A stretch of DNA of 63,883 nucleotides, the filler included. It is 5 parts of 5 records of this genome, joined end to end, with 100 filler letters (N's around TTAATTAATTAA, not from the genome) between each part and the next. Parts side by side here need not be neighbours in the genome. Positions count along the whole stretch, not along the records: positions 1 to 28,750 come from SRR2962707_1083; positions 28,851 to 44,608 come from SRR2962707_1085; 3 more parts are not named here. The stretch is one strand, 5' to 3'. A program made the translations under genes and the position numbers. Shown piece after piece: positions 19,556 through 28,914 of this stretch; the first letter of the stretch is position 1; each line of letters opens with the position of its first letter. The notes beneath the pieces are model-generated. The model was not told where the DNA came from. It worked only from the letters and a program-made list of their open reading frames with translations, and made no database searches.

Positions 19556-21232
19556 ATGACCAGTACATCTCGTCCACTCACTGCCGATCTCGCCGATCCG
19601 CTCTACTACCTGCACAACTTCCAGACCGTGCTGGATTGGGTGGGCGAGCGCCATGGCGATCTGCTGGCGCCGGAGGAAATGGCATTCCTGGATGCCTTTC
19701 GCGCTTTGCCGGAGCCCAGCCGTGCCTTGCTGGCGCGGATGTTGATGCGCAAGGGCGAGTACTTCCGCCGGGACCGGCTGGGCTACCGCGAAGTTGGCGA
19801 CACGGCTACCGCCATGGCGCCGCTGATCAGCGCGGGCTGGGTTGATGGCGACCCGCTCCTGACCTTGGAGACGCTGTTTGCCCTCTGTACCCGTGATGAG
19901 TTGAAGTCGGCTTTGCACCAGCGCCTGGCGGAGCGGGGCCTGGCGCTGTCGGCGCGCAAGACGCTTTGGCTGGCGGCACTGCGGGAAGACGACGATCAGG
20001 CCCGTACCGCGAAGGCGTGGGGCTGGGACGGTGTGCCGGTCTATCGGTTGCGCATTCGGCCGCTGTGTGATCGGCTGCGTTTGATGTTTTTCGGCAACCT
20101 GCACCAGGACTGGTCCGAGTTCGTGCTCGCCGAACAAGGCACCTTCCTGTATGAAACCGTGACCTTGTCCCGCGCCTCGCGTCCCTTTCAGAGTCGCGAG
20201 GAAGTGGATGCCTATCTCGATCTGGCCGCTTGCCGGGAGCAGTTCGATGGCGATGGCGATCTGGAGGCGTTGGAACAGGCGCTGCTGCCGCGCCTGGAAG
20301 CGTTGCCGGATAACCCGTGGTTGCGCGAGCGCGGACATAAGTTGTTGTTCAAGGTGGCGCGGGAGAGGGAGCGGCGTGGCGAGGAACAGGCTGCCCTGGC
20401 TTTGTATCAGCGATGCCATTACGCCGAGGCCCGTGCCCGTGAGCTGCGGGTCCTGGAAAAAACCGGCCGCTATACCGAGGCTTACCAATTGGCCCGGAGC
20501 GCCGAGGCGGAGCCCCGCAATGAAGCGGAGTGGCAGCAGGTGCAGCGGGTGTTGCCCCGTCTGCGACGTAAACTCGGGCATCCCGTGCGGCGTGCCGGAG
20601 CAATACCGACGCATCATGAGTTCGAACTGACGCTGCCCTATTATCCGTGGGTGGAGCTGGCGGTGAGGAACCATATGCGGACCGCCTCGGAGCCGGTCTA
20701 CTACGTGGAAAACACCCTGATCAACAGTCTGTTCGGGCTGCTGTGCTGGGAGGCGCTGTTCGCGCCCCTGCCCGGTGCCTTTTTCCATCCATTTCAAAGC
20801 GGGCCGGCGGACCTCTATCGGGACGATTTTGTCAGCCGCCGCCGGGATCTGTTTGAACAGGCGCTGGCGCGCCTGAATGATGGCAGCTATCGCGCCGTGA
20901 TCCTGCAACGTTTCGAGGAAAAGCGAGGGCGTTTGTCGCCGTTCCTGTTTTGGGATGCGCTCGATTCGGAGCTGCTGACTCAGGCATTGGACTGCATTCC
21001 CGCCGAGCATCTGCGCCTCTGCTTTGAGCGACTGCTGGCCGATCCGCGCGCCAACCGCTCGGGGTTACCGGATCTGATTCAGCTATGGCCGCGACAGCGC
21101 CGTTATCGAATGGTGGAAGTGAAGGGGCCCGGCGATCGTCTGCAGGATAATCAGCGGCGCTGGCTCGACTATTTTCAGCGGCACGATATTCCGGTGGCGG
21201 TGTGTCATGTGCGTTGGCGGGAGACGGAGTGA
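19556..21232 (+). CDS. VRR-NUC-domain nuclease (bacterial FAN1 homolog)
   Basis: YYLHNF N-terminus, FFGNLHQDWSEFVL, YYVENTLINSLFGLL, RSGLPDL...VEVKGPGDRLQDNQ. Confidence 0.92.
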   Translation: MTSTSRPLTADLADPLYYLHNFQTVLDWVGERHGDLLAPEEMAFLDAFRALPEPSRALLARMLMRKGEYFRRDRLGYREVGDTATAMAPLISAGWVDGDPLLTLETLFALCTRDELKSALHQRLAERGLALSARKTLWLAALREDDDQARTAKAWGWDGVPVYRLRIRPLCDRLRLMFFGNLHQDWSEFVLAEQGTFLYETVTLSRASRPFQSREEVDAYLDLAACREQFDGDGDLEALEQALLPRLEALPDNPWLRERGHKLLFKVARERERRGEEQAALALYQRCHYAEARARELRVLEKTGRYTEAYQLARSAEAEPRNEAEWQQVQRVLPRLRRKLGHPVRRAGAIPTHHEFELTLPYYPWVELAVRNHMRTASEPVYYVENTLINSLFGLLCWEALFAPLPGAFFHPFQSGPADLYRDDFVSRRRDLFEQALARLNDGSYRAVILQRFEEKRGRLSPFLFWDALDSELLTQALDCIPAEHLRLCFERLLADPRANRSGLPDLIQLWPRQRRYRMVEVKGPGDRLQDNQRRWLDYFQRHDIPVAVCHVRWRETE

Positions 21233-23502
21233 GCCGCTATACCGTGGCGGTGCGCGCCCTGGCGGAGTTCACCGCCAAAAGCGGCGACCTGGATTTGCGT
21301 TTCACCCCTTCGCCCACCGCTCAGGAGGGCATTGCCGGGCACACCACCGTCACCGGCCGTCGCGGTGAGAGTTATCAACGGGAAGTACCCTTGGCCGGTG
21401 ACTACCTCCACTTGCATGTGCGTGGCCGGGCCGATGGTTACGATCCCCGCCGTAACCGCCTGGAAGAAATCAAAACCTTTCGTGGCGATCTGGAGCGGCA
21501 GCCCGCCAACCATCGGGTGTTGCATTGGGCGCAGTTGAAGATATACGGCGCTTTGCTGTGCCGTGAGCGCGGCCTGGACCAGGTGGAACTGGCGCTGGTT
21601 TATTTCGATGTGGTCAAGCAGAAGGAAACGCCGCTGCGGGAAGTCCACGAGGCGGAGTCCCTCAACCGTTTTTTTGATGAACACTGTGAACGTTTCCTGC
21701 AATGGGCGGACCGTGAGCTGGCCCATCGTCAGGCGCGGGATCAGGCCTTGACCGCGTTGGCTTTTCCGCATGCCCGGTTCCGTTCCGGCCAGCGTGAACT
21801 GGCGGAATCAGTGTATCAAAGTGCTTGCACTGGCCGGCCACTGTTGGCCCAGGCGCCCACCGGTATCGGCAAGACCCTGGGGACCTTGTTTCCGCTGTTA
21901 AAGGCGGCGCCGGGGCGAGCGCTGGACAAGGTGTTTTTCCTCAGCGCCAAAACGCCGGGACGAAAGCTGGCGCTGGACGCGGTGCGCACGCTCACCGGCG
22001 ACGGCACGATGCCGTTGCGTACCGTGGAAATGATTGCCCGGGAAAAAAGTTGTGAACATCCGGACAAGGCTTGTCATGGGGAATCCTGTCCGCTGGCGGC
22101 GGGCTTTTATGACCGTCTGCCCGCCGCCCGGCAAGCGGCGGTCGAATCACCGATACTGGATCGTCGGCAGCTCCGCGAGGTGGCACTGAGGCACCACATC
22201 TGCCCCTATTATCTGAGCCAGGAAATGGCGCGCTGGAGTGATGTGGTGGTGGGGGACTACAACTACTACTTCGATCTTTCCGCGCTGTTGCACGGGCTCA
22301 CCACGGAAAACCAGTGGCGCGTGGCGGTGCTGGCGGACGAAGCTCACAACCTGGTGGACCGTGCCCGTGGCATGTATTCCGCCGAACTGGATCAGATCGC
22401 CTTTCGCCGCCTTAAAAAACAGGTGCCGAAATCCCTGAAAGGCGCGTTCGAACGCATCCACCGGCACTGGAACGCGCTAAATAAAGAGATCGAGGAAGCC
22501 CAGCCTGATACCGACTATCGCGTTCATGATGATCCGCCCCAGGGATTTCTTTTCGCCTTGCAGCAGGGCGTGGCGGCGATCACCGATTATCTGGCCGAGC
22601 AACCGGAAGCTCTGGACAGCGATCTGATCCGTTTCTATTTCGATGCGCTGCATTTCAACCGGGTGGCGGAACGATTCGACAGCGATGCCTTTCTGTTTGA
22701 CAGCCACTGGCGTGCACCGTCCCGTGGCCGGCCCGGTTCGTGTTTGTGTTTGCGTAACGTGGTGCCGGCGGCCTTGCTGGCGCCGCGTTTTGAAGCCGCT
22801 TCGGCGGCGGTGCTGTTTTCCGCCACGCTCAGCCCGCCCCGTTACTATGCCGATCTGCTCGGGCTGCCGGACACTACCGCCTGGGTGGATGTGCCGTCGC
22901 CGTTCCGGGCGGAGCAATTACAGGTGTGCATCGGCCACCGCATCTCTACCCGTTACCGCGACCGCCGGGCCTCTTTGGCGCCGATCGCCGCGTTGATCGG
23001 TGATCAGTTCCAGCAGCGCCGTGGTAATTACCTGGCGTTCTTCAGCAGCTATGAGTACCTGGAAGGCGTGCTCTCGGTGTTCCGCCGGGCCCATCCGGAC
23101 GTGCCGGTCTGGTCCCAGCAAAGACGCATGGACGAAGAGGCTCGTCAGGCGTTTCTGGATCGCTTCGAAGAAGGCGGGCAAGGAATCGGGTTCGCGGTGC
23201 TCGGCGGCGCCTTCGCCGAAGGCATCGACCTGCCCGGCCGGCGCCTGATTGGCGCTTTCGTGGCGACGCTGGGGTTGCCGCAGATGAATCCGGTGAACGA
23301 ACAATTCAAGACGCGTTTGGCGGCGTTGTTTGGCGACGGCTACGACTACACCTATCTGTATCCGGGGCTGCGCAAGGTGGTCCAGGCGGCGGGGCGGGTG
23401 ATCCGCACCGGCGATGACGAAGGCGTGGTGCATCTGATCGACGACCGCTTTGCCCACCCCAGGGTGCGAGCGCTCCTGCCGCGGTGGTGGCGGTGCGGCT
23501 GA
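21229..23502 (+). CDS. DinG/XPD-family Fe-S DNA helicase with an N-terminal PD-(D/E)xK-like domain
   Basis: GRADG...EEIKT; APTGIGKT; Cys cluster C..C..C..CPY; DEAH; SATL; QAAGRVIR; GTGA overlap with the nuclease gene. Confidence 0.92.
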   Translation: MSRYTVAVRALAEFTAKSGDLDLRFTPSPTAQEGIAGHTTVTGRRGESYQREVPLAGDYLHLHVRGRADGYDPRRNRLEEIKTFRGDLERQPANHRVLHWAQLKIYGALLCRERGLDQVELALVYFDVVKQKETPLREVHEAESLNRFFDEHCERFLQWADRELAHRQARDQALTALAFPHARFRSGQRELAESVYQSACTGRPLLAQAPTGIGKTLGTLFPLLKAAPGRALDKVFFLSAKTPGRKLALDAVRTLTGDGTMPLRTVEMIAREKSCEHPDKACHGESCPLAAGFYDRLPAARQAAVESPILDRRQLREVALRHHICPYYLSQEMARWSDVVVGDYNYYFDLSALLHGLTTENQWRVAVLADEAHNLVDRARGMYSAELDQIAFRRLKKQVPKSLKGAFERIHRHWNALNKEIEEAQPDTDYRVHDDPPQGFLFALQQGVAAITDYLAEQPEALDSDLIRFYFDALHFNRVAERFDSDAFLFDSHWRAPSRGRPGSCLCLRNVVPAALLAPRFEAASAAVLFSATLSPPRYYADLLGLPDTTAWVDVPSPFRAEQLQVCIGHRISTRYRDRRASLAPIAALIGDQFQQRRGNYLAFFSSYEYLEGVLSVFRRAHPDVPVWSQQRRMDEEARQAFLDRFEEGGQGIGFAVLGGAFAEGIDLPGRRLIGAFVATLGLPQMNPVNEQFKTRLAALFGDGYDYTYLYPGLRKVVQAAGRVIRTGDDEGVVHLIDDRFAHPRVRALLPRWWRCG

Positions 23503-23577
23503 TGCTTGCCGTTCGGGCCAGGGCTGAGTAGCGTTTTCCGGCGCGGTGGTGTCCCGGAGTGCCCGGAGGCTCGATCG

Positions 23578-24399
23578 TCAGCCGTCCTCCAGAAACCGCG
23601 CCCACAACGCTTTGGCTCTGACCTGATAGGCGCGGACCTGATCGATCAGGTGATGACGTTCATCACCGCCCATCAGGGCCTCGGGCAGCAAGGGATCATG
23701 GATGATCAGGCGGATGGCGGTGCGTCCCAGCAACAGACTGTCGCGAGCGGCTTGATCCAGCGGCAGGGTGTCCAGATTCGCCTCGCTGGCTTGCAAACGT
23801 CGGCCAACGTCCTGATAGGCCTGGATCATCGCCCGGGTATCCCATTGTGCCCGGATCCGGGTTTCATCCCGCCCGGATAGCGAGTTGACGCCGAACACCC
23901 GCGCCGCGGGGGCCAGTCCCAGACGCTTCAGGTCCTCCCGCACCGCTGACACACCGCCGACCAGATTATCCGGACGGAGCCACAACCCGCTGTTTTCCAG
24001 AGCACGAAATCCTCGCAACGTCAGGGCCCGTTCATGACGGCGCCAGGCCACTTTTTCCCGTCGTGGCACGGCGGCGTCGATGACACCGACCCAGCCGCCA
24101 TCCCAGGCCACCGCCTGCTGCTCCTTGCGCAGCCAGTTGCGGACGTCTCCGATCAATGTATTACCCGTGGCGTCGAGGGCATAGATTCCACGGGCCGGGC
24201 TGATGACCTTGCCTTGACGCTGCAAACGGTTCACCGCCACTCGCACGTTCTGTGGCTGCAAGCCGCAGGCTTCGCCGGCCCGGCACAACGCGGCGATCGA
24301 CAGCTCCCGGGCATCGTGGGTGGAAAGCAGATCAAGCACCAGATCCGAAGCCGTCAGTTCCGTGCTCTCAAAATAACAATAATTGTCTTTATTGGACAT
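23578..24399 (-). CDS. PaaX-family transcriptional regulator
   Basis: NVRVAVNRL wHTH, WDGGW, LWLRPDNL, DPLLPEAL. Confidence 0.85.
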   Translation of the reverse strand: MSNKDNYCYFESTELTASDLVLDLLSTHDARELSIAALCRAGEACGLQPQNVRVAVNRLQRQGKVISPARGIYALDATGNTLIGDVRNWLRKEQQAVAWDGGWVGVIDAAVPRREKVAWRRHERALTLRGFRALENSGLWLRPDNLVGGVSAVREDLKRLGLAPAARVFGVNSLSGRDETRIRAQWDTRAMIQAYQDVGRRLQASEANLDTLPLDQAARDSLLLGRTAIRLIIHDPLLPEALMGGDERHHLIDQVRAYQVRAKALWARFLEDG

Positions 24400-24423
24400 T
24401 TTCAGAAATATATCCTATTTTTT

Positions 24424-24442
24424 CAAATATGGATCATATTTG
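24424..24442. promoter_or_regulatory. Palindromic operator for the PaaX-like regulator
   Basis: CAAATATG-GAT-CATATTTG perfect 8-bp inverted repeat in the divergent gap; a degenerate copy sits at about 24405-24424. Confidence 0.6.
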
Positions 24443-24487
24443 TAACAAGGTGGCGTACCGCACAGCCCACGAATCAGGAGGCAGCCC

Positions 24488-25276
24488 ATGTCGAACTCAC
24501 CGGTCATCACCCATACCGAGGGTGCCGTTCGCACGATCATCATTAACCGTCCCGATAAACGCAATGCCGTGGACCGGCCCACCGCCGATGCCCTGCGCGC
24601 GGCTTTCGAGGCGTTTGAGCAGGACGACAGCGTCCATGCCGCGGTACTGGCCGGTGCCGGCGGCAATTTCTGCGCTGGCGCGGACCTGTCCGCCATGGGC
24701 GACGATCAGCGCCGCAACGAGGTGGAGCCTGAAGGCACCGGCCCGGGCCCCATGGGCCCCTCGCGCATGCTGCTGAGCAAGCCGGTGATCGCCGCCGTGT
24801 CCGGCTATGCGGTGGCGGGAGGCCTGGAGCTGTCCCTGTTGTGCGACATGCGCGTGGCGGAGACCTCGGCGGTGTTCGGCGTGTTCTGCCGTCGCTGGGG
24901 GGTGCCGCTGATCGACGGCGGCACCGTGCGGCTCGCTCGCATCATCGGTCAGGGGCAAGCCCTGGACATGATTCTGACCGGGCGCCCGGTAGCCGCCGAC
25001 GAAGCACTGCGCATGGGGCTGGCCAACCGGGTGGTGGCGGATGGCGAGGCTCTGGCCACCGCCCAGGCGCTGGCCCGGAATATCGCCGCGTTCCCGCAAC
25101 GCTGTCTGCGCGCCGACCGGATCTCCACCTACCAACAGTGGGACCACGACCTGGCGGAAGCGTTACGACGGGAAGGGGCGGGAGGGTACCCGATTGTGTT
25201 CGCCGAGGCCATTGATGGCGCCGCCCGTTTCGCCGGTGGAGCGGGCCGTCATGGCCGCTTCGATGACCACCAATAA
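24488..25276 (+). CDS. Enoyl-CoA hydratase/crotonase-family protein
   Basis: INRPDKRNAVD, FCAGADL, AVAGGLEL, CRRWGVPLIDGG. Confidence 0.9.
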   Translation: MSNSPVITHTEGAVRTIIINRPDKRNAVDRPTADALRAAFEAFEQDDSVHAAVLAGAGGNFCAGADLSAMGDDQRRNEVEPEGTGPGPMGPSRMLLSKPVIAAVSGYAVAGGLELSLLCDMRVAETSAVFGVFCRRWGVPLIDGGTVRLARIIGQGQALDMILTGRPVAADEALRMGLANRVVADGEALATAQALARNIAAFPQRCLRADRISTYQQWDHDLAEALRREGAGGYPIVFAEAIDGAARFAGGAGRHGRFDDHQ

Positions 25277-25299
25277 CGATAAACCACAGGAGAGAATGC

Positions 25300-26820
25300 A
25301 TGACCACGACGTATCTGGATCTGATTCACCGGGGCGCTGGTTATTATCCGGACCGGACCGCCCTTGTTTTCGGTGACCAGAGCCTGACGTTCGGCGAAAC
25401 CCAGAGCCTGAGCAATCGCCTTGCCCATGCGCTGATCGAACGGAATGTGCGCCGCGGAGACCGCGTGGCGTTGCTGTTGAATAACGGGTTGTACAGTGTT
25501 CCGGTGGACTTCGCCTGTGTGAAAGCCGGAGTAAACCGGGTGCCGCTCAACGCTCGTCTGTCGTTGGACGAGCACCGTAAAATGCTGGAAGAAACCGGTT
25601 GCGCGCTGCTGCTGTATGGCGAGGATCTGGCGGAGCGGGCGGCACAACTGTGTGATGCCGTATCGGGACTGCGGGCACATGGCATCGGCAGTGCCGCTGG
25701 CGGCGGTGAGGATTTGCTGCGGGCCTGTGCTGCTCTCAGCGATAGCAAACCGGCGGTGCCGGTAGCCGACGACGACGTCATTCTTACCCTGTTTACCTCC
25801 GGCACCACCGGGACTCTCAAGGCGGCACAGCACACCCAGGCTTCCTACGCCGCCGTTTGCAAGAACGTGTTGATGAACCTTCTCGCGGTGGAGCAGGACG
25901 ATGCCATGCTGCATGCCGCGTCGCTGATCCACGCCAGCGGCGTGTTCGTGCTGCCGTTCTGGCTGCGTGGCGCTCGCACCGTGATCATGCCGGCGTTCGA
26001 CCCGGATGCTTTTCTGACGCTGATCGAGAAACAGCGGATCACCACGGTGAATCTGGTGCCGACCATGTTGCAAATGTTGCTCGGGCACCCCCGCTTCGCG
26101 ACAACCGACGTGAGCCGTTTGCGGCAGGTGATTTATGGCGCGTCGCCGATGCCGCGTCCGGTCATTGAGCAGGCCATGGCGCTATGGGGGCGAGAAAAAT
26201 TCTGGCAATACTACGGGCAGACCGAATGCCCGCTGACCCTGGCCGTGTTGCGGCCGGAGGATCATACCGAGGCCCTGCTCGGCGCTTGTGGCAAGCCGTC
26301 CGTGGAAGTGGAAATCCGCCTGGTGGATGATGCCGGTAACGATGTCGCGGAGGGCGAGGCCGGTGAGATCGCGGTACGTGCCCCCTCAATGATGGCCGGT
26401 TATCACAATGCGCCGGAACTGAATCGGGAGATGTTCATGGACGGTGGCTGGCTGCGTACCCGTGATGTGGGTCGTTTTGATGATAACGGCTTTCTGCACC
26501 TCAAGGACCGCACCTCGGACATGATCATCACCGGCGGCTACAACGTTTATCCCAGGGAAGTGGAAGATGTGCTGAGCGCCCATCCGGCGGTGGCGGAGTG
26601 CGCGGTGATCGGCCGCAAGGATCCGCAATGGGTGGAAGCGGTGACCGCGGTGGTGGTGCTGAAGGCCGGGGCGCGGGCCGAGGAGGACGAACTGATCCGG
26701 TTTGTGGCGGATAAAGTGGCGTCCTACAAGAAACCGCGCAGTGTTATTTTCATCGACGGCATTGCCAAGACCGCGGTGGGTAAGCTCAATCGCAAGGCAT
26801 TGCGGGATCAGTTCGCCTGA
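25300..26820 (+). CDS. AMP-forming acyl-CoA ligase
   Basis: FTSGTTGTLK, YGQTE, WLRTRD, DMIITGGYNVYPREVE, terminal GK. Confidence 0.92.
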   Translation: MTTTYLDLIHRGAGYYPDRTALVFGDQSLTFGETQSLSNRLAHALIERNVRRGDRVALLLNNGLYSVPVDFACVKAGVNRVPLNARLSLDEHRKMLEETGCALLLYGEDLAERAAQLCDAVSGLRAHGIGSAAGGGEDLLRACAALSDSKPAVPVADDDVILTLFTSGTTGTLKAAQHTQASYAAVCKNVLMNLLAVEQDDAMLHAASLIHASGVFVLPFWLRGARTVIMPAFDPDAFLTLIEKQRITTVNLVPTMLQMLLGHPRFATTDVSRLRQVIYGASPMPRPVIEQAMALWGREKFWQYYGQTECPLTLAVLRPEDHTEALLGACGKPSVEVEIRLVDDAGNDVAEGEAGEIAVRAPSMMAGYHNAPELNREMFMDGGWLRTRDVGRFDDNGFLHLKDRTSDMIITGGYNVYPREVEDVLSAHPAVAECAVIGRKDPQWVEAVTAVVVLKAGARAEEDELIRFVADKVASYKKPRSVIFIDGIAKTAVGKLNRKALRDQFA

Positions 26821-26870
26821 GCCCCGTTGTTACCACCCCGGGTGGTTCCGCTACCCGGGTTCCAGGTTCG

Positions 26871-26917
26871 GCCAACATCGCCGAGGCCGGCATGTCTCCG
26901 GCTTCGGCGATGCTGGC
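26871..26917. terminator. Long GC-rich hairpin between convergent genes (probable bidirectional terminator)
   Basis: GCCAACATCGCCGAGGCCGG-7nt-CCGGCTTCGGCGATGCTGGC, about 20-bp stem; a second hairpin lies at about 26837-26858. Confidence 0.6.
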
Positions 26918-26926
26918 AGCGAAACC

Positions 26927-28504
26927 TCAGGGTTTGTCGGCCAGATCCCGCTGCCATTGCTCCAGGGTGCCCGGGGCCCCGAGGCGATAGCCGTTCACGG
27001 TTTTTCCGTAGTAATCCATCGCCCGGTTGCCGTGGAAGTCTTTAATGGTGGCGTCGAGATCCCCTTTGAAGCGCGGGTCCTGTGGCCGTGGCTGGCTGGT
27101 GATGAACGCGGCCAGATCCCAGGCCTGCTGTACCGACAGACTGCCCGGTTTGCCCAAGGGCATGTTGGCCTGGATAAAGGCGGCGGCGGTGTTGACCCTG
27201 TGCATGCCGGCCCCCCAATTGAAGGCCTGATCTCCCCACAGCGGCGGGAATTGGTAGCGGCGTTTCGCCAAAGCGGTGCCCTGGCCGTCGTCGCCGTGAC
27301 ACAGCGCGCAATGCTCCGCGTACAAGCCGGCCCCCCGTTCCGGTGAGAACGGCTGCGCCGGCTTGTCCAGTTCCGGATAGCCCCGGCCCGGCAGAGCTTC
27401 CCCGGTGGGGGTGCTCTTGGATTGCCAGAACATGAAACTCATCAGATCAACAATGACCTGACTGTCCGCCGCCGGCGCCTGTCCCGCCTCGGAGGCCTGG
27501 GCGTTTTGCGAATAGGTGAAGCAACCCTGAAGGCGTTCCGCCATGGTGTTCACCTTTTGGTTCTTGCCGCGCCAGGCCGGGTACTGTCCCCAGGCCGCCC
27601 ACATTGGTGCGGCGTTGGCCTGGCGGCCGTTGTTCATGTGGCAGTTGACGCAGCTCTGGCTATTGCCCACGTAGCGGCCGGCTTCGGCATCGGTGCTGGT
27701 GTGGCGGAAAATATCCGCGCCGCGACGCACCGAGGCACCGAATTCGTTATCGGGTAGATCCTCCAACAGCGGCGGCTGGAAGTAATTGTTGAGGGCGTCG
27801 GCGACACGGGGTGCCGGATCCGGCCGGGCATGCTCCGGGATCTCTCCAGCGGTGGGCAGGGCGGCGAGATAGGCGGCGACTTCCTTGATTTGTTGCTCGG
27901 TCATGGCGTTTGCCACCGCTGCCATCAGCCCGCCGGCGTCGTTTTTGCGTTGCCCGCTTTGCCAGGCCTTGAGCTGGGCTTCCAGATAACCGGCATGTTG
28001 CCCGGCCAGCGCCGGGAAGTGGTTGCCCACCCCACGGGCACCGTCACCATGACAGGCGACGCAGGCGGGCTGATTGGCCTGCCAGTGTCCATTCACCACC
28101 CAATCGCGCCCTGGCAAGGCAGCGGCCTTGTCGCTGCTTTGCTGATCGGTTTGACCGGAGCCGGCATCGAGGCCGGCGTAGTACTCCGCCACTGCCTGGA
28201 TCTGCTCGTCGCTGAGCGCCTTGGCGATCGGCGCCATGATCGGATTGGCGCGCTTGCCGCTGGCGAAGTCATGCAGTTGCTTGGCCTGATAGTCGGCACT
28301 GAGGCCGGCCAGGGAAGGGAAGCCGCCGGCCGCGTTGCCGCGCCCATCGGTGCCGTGGCAGGTGACGCAGGGTGGCGCGCCGCTGGCGCCCTGACGGGCC
28401 AGGGTTTCTCCGGAGTCGGCGCCGCGAGCCGCGAGGGCTGAAACAAACAGAAAGGGGATCAAGCTGAGGCGTAGCGCCCGCTTGCTGGCAAGTGAAGCTG
28501 GCAT
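26927..28504 (-). CDS. tsdBA: Tetrahaem cytochrome c: TsdB (c4-like) fused to TsdA thiosulfate dehydrogenase
   Basis: Signal peptide; four CxxCH motifs (CVTCH, CVACH, CVNCH, CALCH); TsdA active-site RLQGCF; FPPLWG..FNWGAGM; MPLG; RPQDPR. Confidence 0.85.
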   Translation of the reverse strand: MPASLASKRALRLSLIPFLFVSALAARGADSGETLARQGASGAPPCVTCHGTDGRGNAAGGFPSLAGLSADYQAKQLHDFASGKRANPIMAPIAKALSDEQIQAVAEYYAGLDAGSGQTDQQSSDKAAALPGRDWVVNGHWQANQPACVACHGDGARGVGNHFPALAGQHAGYLEAQLKAWQSGQRKNDAGGLMAAVANAMTEQQIKEVAAYLAALPTAGEIPEHARPDPAPRVADALNNYFQPPLLEDLPDNEFGASVRRGADIFRHTSTDAEAGRYVGNSQSCVNCHMNNGRQANAAPMWAAWGQYPAWRGKNQKVNTMAERLQGCFTYSQNAQASEAGQAPAADSQVIVDLMSFMFWQSKSTPTGEALPGRGYPELDKPAQPFSPERGAGLYAEHCALCHGDDGQGTALAKRRYQFPPLWGDQAFNWGAGMHRVNTAAAFIQANMPLGKPGSLSVQQAWDLAAFITSQPRPQDPRFKGDLDATIKDFHGNRAMDYYGKTVNGYRLGAPGTLEQWQRDLADKP

Positions 28505-28675
28505 GACGGAACTCCCTGGCGTGCGGTCAGAGCGAAGGTCCTGACCGAAAAAGCCCACAATAAATGTATTGATATAAGCTTATATTAAAACGCGATTAAT
28601 AATGAGGCAAAGGAGTTGACGCAAAATCTGGCTTGGGGGCTTGGGGTTCCCTCTGCACGGCGCTACAGAACCGCT

Positions 28676-28699
28676 GTGGGAGCCAGTCTGCTGGCGAAT
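28676..28699 (+). repeat. REP-like element at the contig end
   Basis: GTGGGAGCCAGTCTGCTGGCGAAT (GTGG tetranucleotide plus GCCAG/CTGGC hairpin); related CCGCTGTAGGAGC at about 2063-2075. Confidence 0.55.
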
Positions 28700-28750
28700 A
28701 CGGCCGGCCCTCCAGCGTGACCCATTCGCTTGCAGCGGCCCGCCGCCCGG

Positions 28751-28850
28751 NNNNNNNNNNNNNNNNNNNNNNNNNNNNNNNNNNNNNNNNNNNNTTAATT
28801 AATTAANNNNNNNNNNNNNNNNNNNNNNNNNNNNNNNNNNNNNNNNNNNN
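28751..28850. other. Artificial contig spacer
   Basis: N44-TTAATTAATTAA-N44. Confidence 0.99.
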
Positions 28851-28875
28851 TTGTTGTTGTTGTTGTTGTTGTTGT
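28851..28875 (+). repeat. (TTG)n microsatellite at the contig start
   Basis: Direct inspection. Confidence 0.9.
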
Positions 28876-28914
28876 ATGGCGGTCGCAGAGTGAAGGCGGT
28901 CGGCTGCGTTGGCG

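Noticed and set aside
19484..21010. Long antisense ORFs (508 aa here; also 18053-19354, 4521-5657, 50151-51239)
   Set aside because: Shadow frames of well-supported genes in GC-rich DNA, with no recognisable motifs.
21229..23502. Type IV CRISPR CasDinG/Cas4
   Set aside because: No CRISPR array or cas genes anywhere in the window; context is the FAN1-like operon.
28795..28806. Recurrent palindrome TTAATTAATTAA (also 44653, 51601, 58720)
   Set aside because: Artificial all-frame stop linker inside N spacers.
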